The position numbers were made by a program, and so were the translations under genes. From contig JANYJH010000294.1 in the NCBI GenBank assembly GCA_025361865.1, positions 1-24,943 of the forward strand: 24,943 nt of DNA. The letters run 5' to 3'. Below are positions 1 through 8,645 of this stretch, one piece after another (position 1 is the stretch's first letter; the number at the start of each line of letters is the position of its first letter). This DNA is from Phragmitibacter sp. (GTDB lineage: Bacteria > Verrucomicrobiota > Verrucomicrobiia > Verrucomicrobiales > Verrucomicrobiaceae). The notes beneath the pieces are model-generated. The model did no database searches, was not told the DNA's origin, and worked only from the letters and a program-made list of their open reading frames with translations.

Positions 1-2004
1 GGCCATCCCACGTTCAGCTTCAAAGTTAATACCGCCGCTACGGACCTTACCTATGTCGTCGAAGCTTCCACCAGCCTGACCGCCAACACTTGGGAAAGAG
101 GCCCTACCATTACCCACCTCACGAACGAGACCGACCTCGGCAACGGCTTCACCCGTCGCACCTACACCTCATGGAACAGCACAGCGGACACCTCCCGGCA
201 GTTCTTCCGGCTCAACATCCTCCAAGGCGACGCCATCCCCGCCGCTTGGTTTACCCGCTACGCTCTGGACCCGAACAGCTCGCCGGATGACGACTTCGAT
301 GGCGATGGCCTGTCGAATCTCCAAGAGTATCTGCACGGCACTGATCCGACCAAGAAGGACACTGATGGTGATGGCGTGAATGACGGCCCTGAAGTCACCT
401 TCGGCACTGACCCAAACGATCCCAATGACACGCCGCCTGAAGTGACGGGAGACATCGTGATCCAGACCCGTTGGGTGACCGTGGAAGTGCAAGATCAATC
501 CTCTCCCATCGGAAAGTTTTACTGGAGCGATGGCAACACGAACTATCCCGCCGGATGGTATCGGGATGTCAATTGGAATCCAGGTCCGCTTATGCCGCAA
601 CTCCACTGGAAATGGAGCAGCAACTCGGGCGGCATCGAGTGGCAGGACGGCAGTTCCGTCGCCGGAGCGCCAGACCTCACCGACCTCACCTTCACCCAAC
701 CCAGCGATGACAGCAACATCGTGGGCAACGCCAGCGACAGCACCCCGAGCGGGCAGAGCGGCATCCCTGAATACATCGCTCCCGAAGACGCCCCCTTTGA
801 TTGGCTTCAGGAATACTCCCAGCACATCTACACCGCCCCGAGTGGCAACCACACTTACAGCACCACGATGACGGAAATCCGTCTGCACCGCTTGGTTCCA
901 GATTCTCCATCACCGAACATCGTCAAGCCCGAAGCCAGCAAAGCATTCCTCGTGCTGCACAAGGTCAGGAACATCGGACAGACGACTGATTCAGTTACCG
1001 GAACAGAAGCCAAGAGTCTGTCTCTGCCCGAAGACGAGGATGATAGCCCGAGCACCCTCCTTGCTCCCACGTTGGAGCCGAATACGTCGAAGGTGGATGT
1101 GGCGATAAAGATGGAAGTAACGATTAAAAAATCATCAGATTCTTCACCACCAGAAGATGGAGTGATCGCGAAGGTGGGAGAAGCCCTTGAGTTCAAAATC
1201 AGCGACCTATCGCAAAGTGAATTCCCCGCCACTGTCGAAAACATGAAATGGTATCAAAAGCAGTTGCAGGCAGATGGCACTTACACGGCGAACTGGCAGG
1301 ACATCGGCACGGAAGCCCGAGGGGTCAGATTTGAGCATACTTATAGCACGGGCGGCATCTTTAGAATCAAATGCGATGTAACCACTGTTTCAGGAACCAG
1401 CACCTACAACTACTTGCGTAAGAAGGACAACATCATGGCGAAGCACAATCCCGATAATGCCAAAGAGTCCGTGCCCGATGGGATGAAGGCGGGAGACCCT
1501 GATGCGATCGGGATATGCGATACTCAAAAGCAAATCGACATCCGCTTTCAGGCGAAGATTAATCTCAACAGCAGCTACTACGCATATAAAAATGACATTC
1601 CTCCCGTAAGGACCGGACCTCATTGCAATATTTTCGTTGCCCATAAGGCGGGAGATGCTGGAGCCACTGTTCCTTGGTTTAATGGAACTTTGACAGCTCA
1701 ACCTCCAGCGGCAAATCAGTGGGCAGGGATTCCATTCAACGCTCCAAATAATCCCGAATATGAATCCAAATTCACGGGTTGGCCTCTTTTACCCAGTGAT
1801 TCCTATCCTCAACCCGGCATGGTGGCGGGCGAAGGCAATTATAACTGGGGCACTGGACACTGCGGAATCGTTGACTACGACGGACAATGGATCAGTTCAT
1901 CAGACCCCAAAGTCAACCGCCATGCTGACTTTGCCAATTACAAAAACACCGATCTGGATGGAAACAAACATCCTGCGGGCAAACGAAAATATACAGGTAA
2001 CTAA
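1..2004 (+). CDS. Large secreted repeat protein, 5'-partial. It has thrombospondin-type-3-like Ca-binding repeats, an Ig/PKD-like beta-sandwich and a low-GC C-terminal domain of unknown function.
   Basis: Frame 1 is open from nt 1 with no stop. The track's 376 start is only a GTG inside the frame. Translation contains DDDFDGDGLSNLQEYLHGTDPTKKDTDGDGVNDGPEVTFGTDPNDPND (DxDxDG repeats). A beta-strand-rich segment (GTYTANWQDIGTEARGVRFEHTYSTGGIFRIKCDVTTVSGTSTY) looks Ig/PKD-like. Stop is TAA at 2002-2004. Confidence 0.75.
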   Translation, partial: GHPTFSFKVNTAATDLTYVVEASTSLTANTWERGPTITHLTNETDLGNGFTRRTYTSWNSTADTSRQFFRLNILQGDAIPAAWFTRYALDPNSSPDDDFDGDGLSNLQEYLHGTDPTKKDTDGDGVNDGPEVTFGTDPNDPNDTPPEVTGDIVIQTRWVTVEVQDQSSPIGKFYWSDGNTNYPAGWYRDVNWNPGPLMPQLHWKWSSNSGGIEWQDGSSVAGAPDLTDLTFTQPSDDSNIVGNASDSTPSGQSGIPEYIAPEDAPFDWLQEYSQHIYTAPSGNHTYSTTMTEIRLHRLVPDSPSPNIVKPEASKAFLVLHKVRNIGQTTDSVTGTEAKSLSLPEDEDDSPSTLLAPTLEPNTSKVDVAIKMEVTIKKSSDSSPPEDGVIAKVGEALEFKISDLSQSEFPATVENMKWYQKQLQADGTYTANWQDIGTEARGVRFEHTYSTGGIFRIKCDVTTVSGTSTYNYLRKKDNIMAKHNPDNAKESVPDGMKAGDPDAIGICDTQKQIDIRFQAKINLNSSYYAYKNDIPPVRTGPHCNIFVAHKAGDAGATVPWFNGTLTAQPPAANQWAGIPFNAPNNPEYESKFTGWPLLPSDSYPQPGMVAGEGNYNWGTGHCGIVDYDGQWISSSDPKVNRHADFANYKNTDLDGNKHPAGKRKYTGN

Positions 2005-2005
2005 T

Positions 2006-2818
2006 ATGACGATACTTCGACTCATTTTGATGCTGATGATTCCTTCAATGTTGCTTACATTGACGGTGAATGGGGAGCTTCCTGCGGAAGCGAAACAGGC
2101 ACGGGCTCTGATGGATAAAGTGTATGAGGCCATCCAGAAGCAAAACTGGAAAGATGCCCGTGATAATCCTGGGGACATGTTTCAAACCACAGAATACCGT
2201 GACCTAGCTCAGGAGTCTCCAGTGATTTGGGAAGCTGCGATGGATCATCTGAATGAGATCGCTCCCAGTGAATCAGATCGTTTTTTGCTCTTGAATGCCC
2301 TTTCATCCCTACCACCAAAGACTTTTTTAAAGGCAGTCCATAAGTCGATTGATCTCTACACTCAGGGCAAGCTAGATGAGACAGCTTTGACAAATTATTT
2401 CTTTTTTAATGGAGGTCCTAATTGGGGCTTTTTTGATGTCAACTACCAAAACCCAGAGGTCATCCAAATCCTTCAGAAATTGAAGATATTATTCGTCAAA
2501 GACGCCATCATGATCAATACCCTCGACAACATTTTATCTGGAGATGGTAAAGTGGGTGTCGAGAATAATATCAGGGATAATCCAGATTATGTAAGACGTT
2601 CGGTTAAAGCTGTTTTGCTTGATAATCCTGAGCCGAAAGATGGAGAAGCAGCCTTTCCCTTAAATCCCGCAATTCCTTCTTCTGGCATCAGTAGCTGGGG
2701 AGCTAAAATCTATTCAATGGCTGGAACGGACTCTTCGTCAGGCTTCCCTATATTGATAAGCGTGGTTCTGGCAGTGCTGGTGGTGATTGGAGGCGTGTTC
2801 TGGTTGAGACGCAAATAG
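2006..2818 (+). CDS. Hypothetical exported protein with N-terminal signal peptide and C-terminal TM anchor plus basic tail. Candidate cognate or immunity partner of the upstream C-terminal domain.
   Basis: ATG lies 1 nt after the upstream stop, with AGG 8-10 nt upstream. N-terminus MTILRLILMLMIPSMLLTLTVNG is a signal peptide. C-terminus is GFPILISVVLAVLVVIGGVFWLRRK. It shares the same low GC (~38-42%) as the 3' end of the upstream gene. The track ORF start at 1760 overlaps the upstream gene and was rejected. Confidence 0.65.
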   Translation: MTILRLILMLMIPSMLLTLTVNGELPAEAKQARALMDKVYEAIQKQNWKDARDNPGDMFQTTEYRDLAQESPVIWEAAMDHLNEIAPSESDRFLLLNALSSLPPKTFLKAVHKSIDLYTQGKLDETALTNYFFFNGGPNWGFFDVNYQNPEVIQILQKLKILFVKDAIMINTLDNILSGDGKVGVENNIRDNPDYVRRSVKAVLLDNPEPKDGEAAFPLNPAIPSSGISSWGAKIYSMAGTDSSSGFPILISVVLAVLVVIGGVFWLRRK

Positions 2819-2944
2819 CTGCCCGCCGACTATTCAGCATTCGTTTCGTGAGTTGCCGGAAACATAGATGACATGAGACGACTTCCTGATGTGGAGACGG
2901 AAGGCTAACGCTTGCACTTTTGCGCGGAGACCGTAAAAAACAGA

Positions 2945-4042
2945 ATGCACGATCCACGCATTGACCAACTCGCCCGGCAGCTTGTCCGCTACTCCACCAA
3001 CGTCAAAAAGGGAGACAAGGTCCTGCTAGACATCTATGACGCGCCGAACAGCATCGCCATTGCCCTGATCCGTGCCGTGGTGGAAGCCAAAGGTGTGCCC
3101 GTGGTGAAGCTGCATGACACGGTGGTCACGCGCGAACTGATGAGGCACGCGACGGAGGGGCAGTATGATCTGCTCTCCAAGAATAACCTCGATCTCATGG
3201 TAGAGATGCAGGCTTACATCGCCGTGCGCGGCAGCCATAACATCACGGAGACGGCGGATGTGCCAGCGAAGAACATGAGTCTGATCATGGAGAAGATGCG
3301 CCCGGTCATCAATCACCGTGTGAACAATACGAACTGGTGTGTCCTGCGCTGGCCTACCTCTGCGATGGCGCAGCAGGCGGGCATGAGCACGGAGGCTTTT
3401 GAGGACTTTTATTTCCGGGTGTGTCTGTTGGATTATAAGGCGTTACTGCCGGCGATGGGAGCTTTGAAGAAGCTGATGGACAAGGCCCAGAACGTCCACA
3501 TCAAGGGGCCGGGAACGGACCTTAAATTCTCCCTCAAAGGGCTTAAGGCCATCCCGTGCGGCGGCACCCATAACATTCCTGATGGAGAGGTCTTCTCCGC
3601 GCCAGTCAAGGACAGCGTGGAAGGCTATGTGAGCTACAATGCGCCGACGGTTTATCAGGGCATCGCGTTCGATAATGTTCGCTTGGAATTCAGCAAAGGG
3701 AAGATCGTCAAGGCCACAGCCAACAACACGACGGCGCTCAACAAGATTCTCGATTCTGATGAAGGCGCGCGCTACATCGGTGAGTTCGCCATTGGGTTTA
3801 ATCAGGAAATCAAGGAGCCGATGCGGGACATCCTCTTCGATGAGAAGATCGCCGGTTCCTTCCACTTCACGCCCGGTCAGGCGTATGAAGGCGTGGCGGA
3901 CAATGGCAACCGGAGTCAGGTCCACTGGGATCTGGTGAACATCCAACGCCCTGAATATGGCGGCGGGGAGATCTGGTTTGATTCCACGCTCATTCGTAAG
4001 GACGGCAAGTTCTTGGCGAAGGAGTTGGAGAAACTGAATTAG
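2945..4042 (+). CDS. Aminopeptidase, peptidase family M29 (AmpS/PepS-like thermophilic metalloprotease family)
   Basis: Whole-protein resemblance to M29 aminopeptidases. The N-terminal [24 protein letters not shown] and the C-terminal [14 protein letters not shown]...[13 protein letters not shown] regions are typical. The first ATG is at 2945; the track start at 2912 is TTG. Confidence 0.88.
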   Translation: MHDPRIDQLARQLVRYSTNVKKGDKVLLDIYDAPNSIAIALIRAVVEAKGVPVVKLHDTVVTRELMRHATEGQYDLLSKNNLDLMVEMQAYIAVRGSHNITETADVPAKNMSLIMEKMRPVINHRVNNTNWCVLRWPTSAMAQQAGMSTEAFEDFYFRVCLLDYKALLPAMGALKKLMDKAQNVHIKGPGTDLKFSLKGLKAIPCGGTHNIPDGEVFSAPVKDSVEGYVSYNAPTVYQGIAFDNVRLEFSKGKIVKATANNTTALNKILDSDEGARYIGEFAIGFNQEIKEPMRDILFDEKIAGSFHFTPGQAYEGVADNGNRSQVHWDLVNIQRPEYGGGEIWFDSTLIRKDGKFLAKELEKLN

Positions 4043-4125
4043 GCCTTTTTCATCAGCGCATCGTCAGAAGGTGGGATGATCTGCCCACGCTCTTACGAGC
4101 GCGGCCACGATGGCTTTTCAGCGCA

Positions 4126-4746
4126 CTAGGACTCGAAGATTCCCGCGTGCTCGACCATTCTCACCAGCTCGGCGAGGGATTGCACTTCCAGCTTGTCCAT
4201 GAGGCGGGCGCGATGGACTTTGATGGTCTTTTCCACGGTGCCGAGTTCTGCTGCGGTCTGCTTGTTGAGGTAGCCCTGCACCACGTAGCGAAGGACTTCG
4301 GTCTCGCGCGGAGTGAGCCGGGCGAAAAGGGATCTTAGGGCCGCCAGTTCGGCGCGTTGGGCCCGGGTGATTCGGTCGTGATCGAAGGCCCGGTTGATCG
4401 CGGCCAGTAACGTCTGCTCCGTGGCGGGCTTGGTGAGGAAATCTGAAGCCCCTGCTTTCATGGCGGCTACGGTGGAGGGAATATCACCCTTGCCGGTTAG
4501 AAAGATGATAGGCAGGGTATTTTTCCGTTCGTTCAGTGCGGCTTGCACGTTCAGCCCATTGAGTTCGGGCATTTGAAGATCGAGGATGATACAGCCCGCC
4601 AAGGCTTGATGATGCTGGGCGAGGAATTCCAAGGCGGAAGCGAAGGCCACGCATTGAAAATGCAGTGATTTGAGCAGCCGTGTCAGGCTTCGGCGCGCGG
4701 AGTCGTCATCATCTACGAGGTAAATGGTTTGTTGTGGCGGAGTCAT
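4126..4746 (-). CDS. Two-component response regulator, REC + LuxR/FixJ-type HTH
   Basis: Receiver-domain signature YLVDDDDSARRSLTRLL...ILDLQMPELNG...TGKGD and a C-terminal LuxR-type HTH TPRETEVLRYVVQGYLNKQTAAELGTVEKTIKVHRARLMDKL. The ATG overlaps the kinase stop (ATGA). Confidence 0.92.
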   Translation of the reverse strand: MTPPQQTIYLVDDDDSARRSLTRLLKSLHFQCVAFASALEFLAQHHQALAGCIILDLQMPELNGLNVQAALNERKNTLPIIFLTGKGDIPSTVAAMKAGASDFLTKPATEQTLLAAINRAFDHDRITRAQRAELAALRSLFARLTPRETEVLRYVVQGYLNKQTAAELGTVEKTIKVHRARLMDKLEVQSLAELVRMVEHAGIFES

Positions 4747-7019
4747 GGATTTGGGACAATACGCAGGGTAAAATGAGAAGAGGCTCCACCATTCGGGTTG
4801 TTCTCTAACCAGAGGCGACCACCGTGGGCCTCGACGATGGATTTGCTAATGGAGAGGCCCATGCCCAGGCCATTGGGTTTGCTGGAGTGGAAGGGTTCAA
4901 AGACCCGCTCCATGAATTCATCTGCGACTCCATGACCGCGGTCTGTCACGGTGACCAAGATCATGTCATCTGCCTTGAGCGTTCGCACTTGGAGGATGGC
5001 TTTATGGGCGGGGAGTCCCTGCATGGCCTCTGCGCCATTGAGACAGAGATTGATCAAGACCTGCTGCAACTGCACGCCGTCACCAAGGACATGGGGTAGG
5101 CCGAGCGCGAGTTCCACGGAGAGCGTGACGCCCCGTCGGGAAAGGGTATTGCGGATGAATCCGGTGGCTTCTGTCACTTGGGTGTTGATGGCTAAGGGGT
5201 GAAAGGTGTGCTGCTCGTTACGCAGCAGGGGATAGAGGCGCTGGATGACTTGGGACGCGCGTTCGTTGTCGGAGATGATGTCATTGATGAGGGCGCGCAT
5301 TTCATCAAGGTCCACCTTATCAGTGTTCAGGAAGCGTCTTCCGGCCAAGGCATTGTTCATGATGGCGGAGATAGGTTGGTTCAACTCATGAGCCAGCGAG
5401 CCCGCCAGTTCTCCCATCGTCGCCACACGCATGGCATGGGAAAGTTGATCCTGACGCTCCTGTATTTCCCGCGCCATGAGTTTGTGCTCCGTGATGTTCA
5501 TGGTCACTCCCATGAGCCGGAGCAGTTGGCCATTGGCGTCCAGCCTTGCCCGGCCCTTGCTGGAGAGCCAGCGCTCGGAGTCGTCGTCAGGTAAAATCAC
5601 GCGGAATTCCACCTCGGCATAGGCATTGTTTTCCGTAATGCTGCTCCAAGCGGCTTTATAGGACGCCACGTCATCAGGGTGAATGCGTTCAAGGCATTCC
5701 TTCCCGGTCAAATCCTGCTCCAGAGGGAAGCCGTAGAAGGCATTAAAGGTGTCCGTGCACCAGATGCGGTCATCCTCTGGACGCCAGATCCAGAGCCCCA
5801 AATCAGCGGAGTCGGAAGCGATGGACATGTGCTCCTCACTTTCACGCAGGGAATTCTCCACGAGGCGTCGCTCCCGGCGCTGCCAGAGAAGAAGGCCGAT
5901 CAACGTTAGAAGGCTGATCATCAAAAAAAGCCCGGTGACGATGGTATCGCCATAAGCTTCTAGCACGGACGGAATGCGGAATCGTAACTCGCTATGAGGC
6001 GGCGCTTTGTTTTCATCCAGATTCCAACGCTGAAGTTCCCGCCAGTCAAATACAGGGATATTCGACCGGGTGCGTATGATCGGCACCGTGGAAGCATTAC
6101 CTGCTGTTACCGCCGTCGCCACCTGCCTAGCCATTTCCACGCCCAAGGCGGAGGGGTTCAGGCTGATACCGCCCACCGAGCCGTAACCGACAAACGTTTC
6201 CATGCAGCTGAAAATGGGAGCGTTGGAGGCTTTGCTCAGTTCAGGAATCAGATCGCGGGCCGTGTATTGGTTTTCTTCCCCATCCGTAGTGATACCGGCA
6301 TAAAACACGATCGTATCGGGAGGGAGTGCGCTGAGGAGAGATTTCGTCTCGGCCAAACTATATTCTGTCAGGTCGATCCATTCATAACGACCCGCCGCAA
6401 ATTCCAGAGCATCCTTTCGCCAGCCCTTTTCCAAATCTTCGTAGGGCGAGCTGATGCCTGCCACGTAGGCGATGGAGCGCGCATTCGGGCAAAATCGCGC
6501 CGCTGCCGCCAGTGTGCCTTTGACATCTGCATCGAAGGTGACGCCCGTGATATTCGGCAGATGGACAAAGCGCGCTGCGTCCGTCTCGCTGATACCAGTG
6601 AAAATAATGGGCACGCCCGGCCACAAGTCATTGCGCAGCGAAATGGCGTAATTCAGTGAGGCTTCATCACCCACAGCGATGGCGTCCAGTTTCCTCCCGC
6701 TATACTTTTCATGGAGCCACTGCGAAAGCTTCTCTTTGTAGGCCGCGCTGCTGAACCAGCTAAAGTCCAGATTCTCTGTGTAGATGGTTACGGGCCGATT
6801 CAGAACTCTGACAAGTTCAGGACGAAACGCGGACATGAAATTAACAAAGAAGGGAAGGCTGGGATTTTCCTCCTGAAGCAGAAGGATGCTTTTGGTCTCG
6901 CGCGCGCCCCACGCGCAACTAAGGCCGTTCAAGTATGCGAACACACCAAGCAGCACCAAGGCTCTCAGCAGCGCTGAGGCCTTGAAACCCTTCGAGTTAT
7001 TCCATTCTGCCATACACAT
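4743..7019 (-). CDS. Sensor histidine kinase. Periplasmic ABC-substrate-binding-like sensor domain, TM, PAS, HisKA (FixL-like) and HATPase_c.
   Basis: N-terminal signal/TM, then a ~330-aa periplasmic domain resembling ABC_sub_bind-type solute-binding folds. TM segment is IVTGLFLMISLLTLIGLLLW. A PAS-like region precedes H-box HELNQPISAIMNNA and G-box GLGMGLSISKSIVEAHGGRLWLE. The track start at 7037 is GTG. In-frame ATGs at 7019 and 7013 are more likely, so the start is uncertain by a few codons. Confidence 0.9.
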   Translation of the reverse strand: MCMAEWNNSKGFKASALLRALVLLGVFAYLNGLSCAWGARETKSILLLQEENPSLPFFVNFMSAFRPELVRVLNRPVTIYTENLDFSWFSSAAYKEKLSQWLHEKYSGRKLDAIAVGDEASLNYAISLRNDLWPGVPIIFTGISETDAARFVHLPNITGVTFDADVKGTLAAAARFCPNARSIAYVAGISSPYEDLEKGWRKDALEFAAGRYEWIDLTEYSLAETKSLLSALPPDTIVFYAGITTDGEENQYTARDLIPELSKASNAPIFSCMETFVGYGSVGGISLNPSALGVEMARQVATAVTAGNASTVPIIRTRSNIPVFDWRELQRWNLDENKAPPHSELRFRIPSVLEAYGDTIVTGLFLMISLLTLIGLLLWQRRERRLVENSLRESEEHMSIASDSADLGLWIWRPEDDRIWCTDTFNAFYGFPLEQDLTGKECLERIHPDDVASYKAAWSSITENNAYAEVEFRVILPDDDSERWLSSKGRARLDANGQLLRLMGVTMNITEHKLMAREIQERQDQLSHAMRVATMGELAGSLAHELNQPISAIMNNALAGRRFLNTDKVDLDEMRALINDIISDNERASQVIQRLYPLLRNEQHTFHPLAINTQVTEATGFIRNTLSRRGVTLSVELALGLPHVLGDGVQLQQVLINLCLNGAEAMQGLPAHKAILQVRTLKADDMILVTVTDRGHGVADEFMERVFEPFHSSKPNGLGMGLSISKSIVEAHGGRLWLENNPNGGASSHFTLRIVPNP

Positions 7020-7233
7020 TACTGGGACGTAATCCACAGTTTGTATTTGTCCACAAACACAGTGCTGTTATTGCTCGGATTCATAAAGGCAGCTTGCCAG
7101 ATACAGCAAGACCTTACTTATTTCTTCCGTCGCGGCGAGGCCTTGTTCCACCCAGTTCCTTCTGCTGCTGAAAATGCTCCGCAAAGGGACTTCCTCCGCT
7201 AGCGCATTTTTGGAGTCGTGCTAGCGTGGATTC

Positions 7234-7818
7234 ATGATGTGTTTTCTCTCTTCATTCCGCCCCTCATGGATGGCTCTCTTGGCGGCTGTTTTCCTCCCAT
7301 TGCTCCTAGATTCCTGTTCCAGCACCACTCCGAAGTTCGATGGATTGCCAGAAAAACTGCCAGCCATCGCCTTGAATGGTTCCGCCCGCACGCCCGCCCA
7401 TTCCATGCAGAGCACCGAGTATCCTTTTGATTCCAACGGCAACTACGTATCCGAATGGGCAGCGGAAGGGGAACGCCGATCAGGTCGTCCTGCAGCGGCG
7501 ACGAATGATGATGAAGTCAGTCGCCAGAAATCGCACGGGGGTCAGGTCACTGGCGTTCATAAATCCACCGCAAAATCCAAAGTCAGCGATTCCAAAGCAA
7601 AGTCCAAGACCACCACGAAGTCTTCGGATAAGCCTGCTGCCAAAAGCTCTGCCACCACCAAGAAACCCGCCACCAGTGTGAGATACGTGGTGAAGAAAGG
7701 CGATACACTGTCCAGCATCGCGGACCGATTCGACAGCACAATCGCGAAGATCAAGGCGGCCAATGGGCTGAAGAGCAATACGCTGAGTGCAGGCACGGTT
7801 CTGAAGGTTCCCAAATAA
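7234..7818 (+). CDS. LysM-domain lipoprotein with low-complexity K/S/T-rich linker
   Basis: Signal peptide with lipobox-like LLDSC. C-terminal LysM motif is [29 protein letters not shown]...GTVLKVP. The linker is [39 protein letters not shown]. An alternative ATG lies at 7270 ([16 protein letters not shown]). Confidence 0.8.
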   Translation: MMCFLSSFRPSWMALLAAVFLPLLLDSCSSTTPKFDGLPEKLPAIALNGSARTPAHSMQSTEYPFDSNGNYVSEWAAEGERRSGRPAAATNDDEVSRQKSHGGQVTGVHKSTAKSKVSDSKAKSKTTTKSSDKPAAKSSATTKKPATSVRYVVKKGDTLSSIADRFDSTIAKIKAANGLKSNTLSAGTVLKVPK

Positions 7819-7879
7819 ATTGGGGATATTCCGTTGAAAATTGATCGTTTCCCTGCCTATTGCGTCAAAGTTGATTCAC

Positions 7880-8641
7880 ATGTGCTTGGTTGGAAAAATA
7901 CATTCGCTCGTTTTGGTCGCGGTGCTCCTTGGCGCTGGGTCAGCTTCCGCTTTTGAGACCGTCGTCATTGATCCTGGGCATGGCGGGAACGATGAAGGAA
8001 CGAAATGGTATCACGTCCGGGAAAAGGATCTCACGCTTGCCGTGGCCAAGCGCCTTGAGCGCGTGCTTCAGATCTACGGCGTGAACACCATGATGACACG
8101 GCGTTACAACACGTATGTCTCGCTTGATGAGCGCTCAGAGATGGCCAATCGCGTGGAGAACTCACTGCTTCTGAGCATTCATTTCAATGCCAGCAGCGCC
8201 CAGTTCATCTCCGGCTTCGAGAGCTTCTATGACTTTCAAACTGAGGGCTGCAGAAACATCGCCTCCTCCATTCAGCAATCCCTCGCGGAAAGCATTCCGA
8301 GCCGCAGCCGCGGAGTGACGAAGCAGGACTTCGCCGTGCTTGTTCGGACCACGGGCTGCGCGGTTCTCATCGAGTGCGGCTTCATCAGCAACAAAGCGGA
8401 AGGCCAGCGCTACGCCACACCTGAAGGTCAGCAAGCACTCGCCGAAGCCATCGCTCGCGGCGTGGTGCGCATCAAGCCGATCATCAACTATGATCTTCCC
8501 ACCAGCATGATCACTCTCGGTGATAAACCGCGCAAGAAGTCCACGCATAACTTACCCGTGGATAACTCAAAGAAGACCGATCCCGTGAAAAAGGTCGCCG
8601 TCACCAGCACACCGGCGAAGACCAAGAAGAAGAAAACGTAG
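7880..8641 (+). CDS. N-acetylmuramoyl-L-alanine amidase (Amidase_3, AmiC-like)
   Basis: VVIDPGHGGND...HVREKDLTL...LLSIHFNA...GVTKQDFAVL...ECGFISN matches the zinc-amidase Amidase_3 fold. Signal peptide begins at the ATG 7880; the track start at 7841 is TTG. It ends in a K-rich tail. Confidence 0.9.
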   Translation: MCLVGKIHSLVLVAVLLGAGSASAFETVVIDPGHGGNDEGTKWYHVREKDLTLAVAKRLERVLQIYGVNTMMTRRYNTYVSLDERSEMANRVENSLLLSIHFNASSAQFISGFESFYDFQTEGCRNIASSIQQSLAESIPSRSRGVTKQDFAVLVRTTGCAVLIECGFISNKAEGQRYATPEGQQALAEAIARGVVRIKPIINYDLPTSMITLGDKPRKKSTHNLPVDNSKKTDPVKKVAVTSTPAKTKKKKT

Positions 8642-8645
8642 CAGG

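Noticed and set aside
169-888. 239-aa minus-strand ORF and other long antisense ORFs (e.g. 5994-6659 +, 11219-11878 -, 12832-13644 +, 18085-18558 -)
   Set aside because: They lie wholly antisense to well-supported genes in GC-rich DNA, have low-complexity R/G/A-rich translations and no recognisable motifs. They are typical spurious ORFs of high-GC sequence.
376-2004. Track ORF starting at 376 as the start of the first gene
   Set aside because: Position 376 is a GTG inside a frame that is open all the way back to nt 1, and the upstream translation is coherent protein (DxDxDG repeats). The gene is 5'-partial rather than starting here.
1760-2005. Upstream extension of the second gene to the track start at 1760
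   Set aside because: It would overlap the first gene by 245 nt and encode a non-signal N-terminus. The ATG at 2006 gives a clean signal peptide 1 nt after the upstream stop.
4043-4125. Possible terminator hairpin (CACGCTC-ttac-GAGCGCG) between aminopeptidase and response regulator
   Set aside because: It is an imperfect 6/7 stem with no U-tract on either side. Too weak to call.
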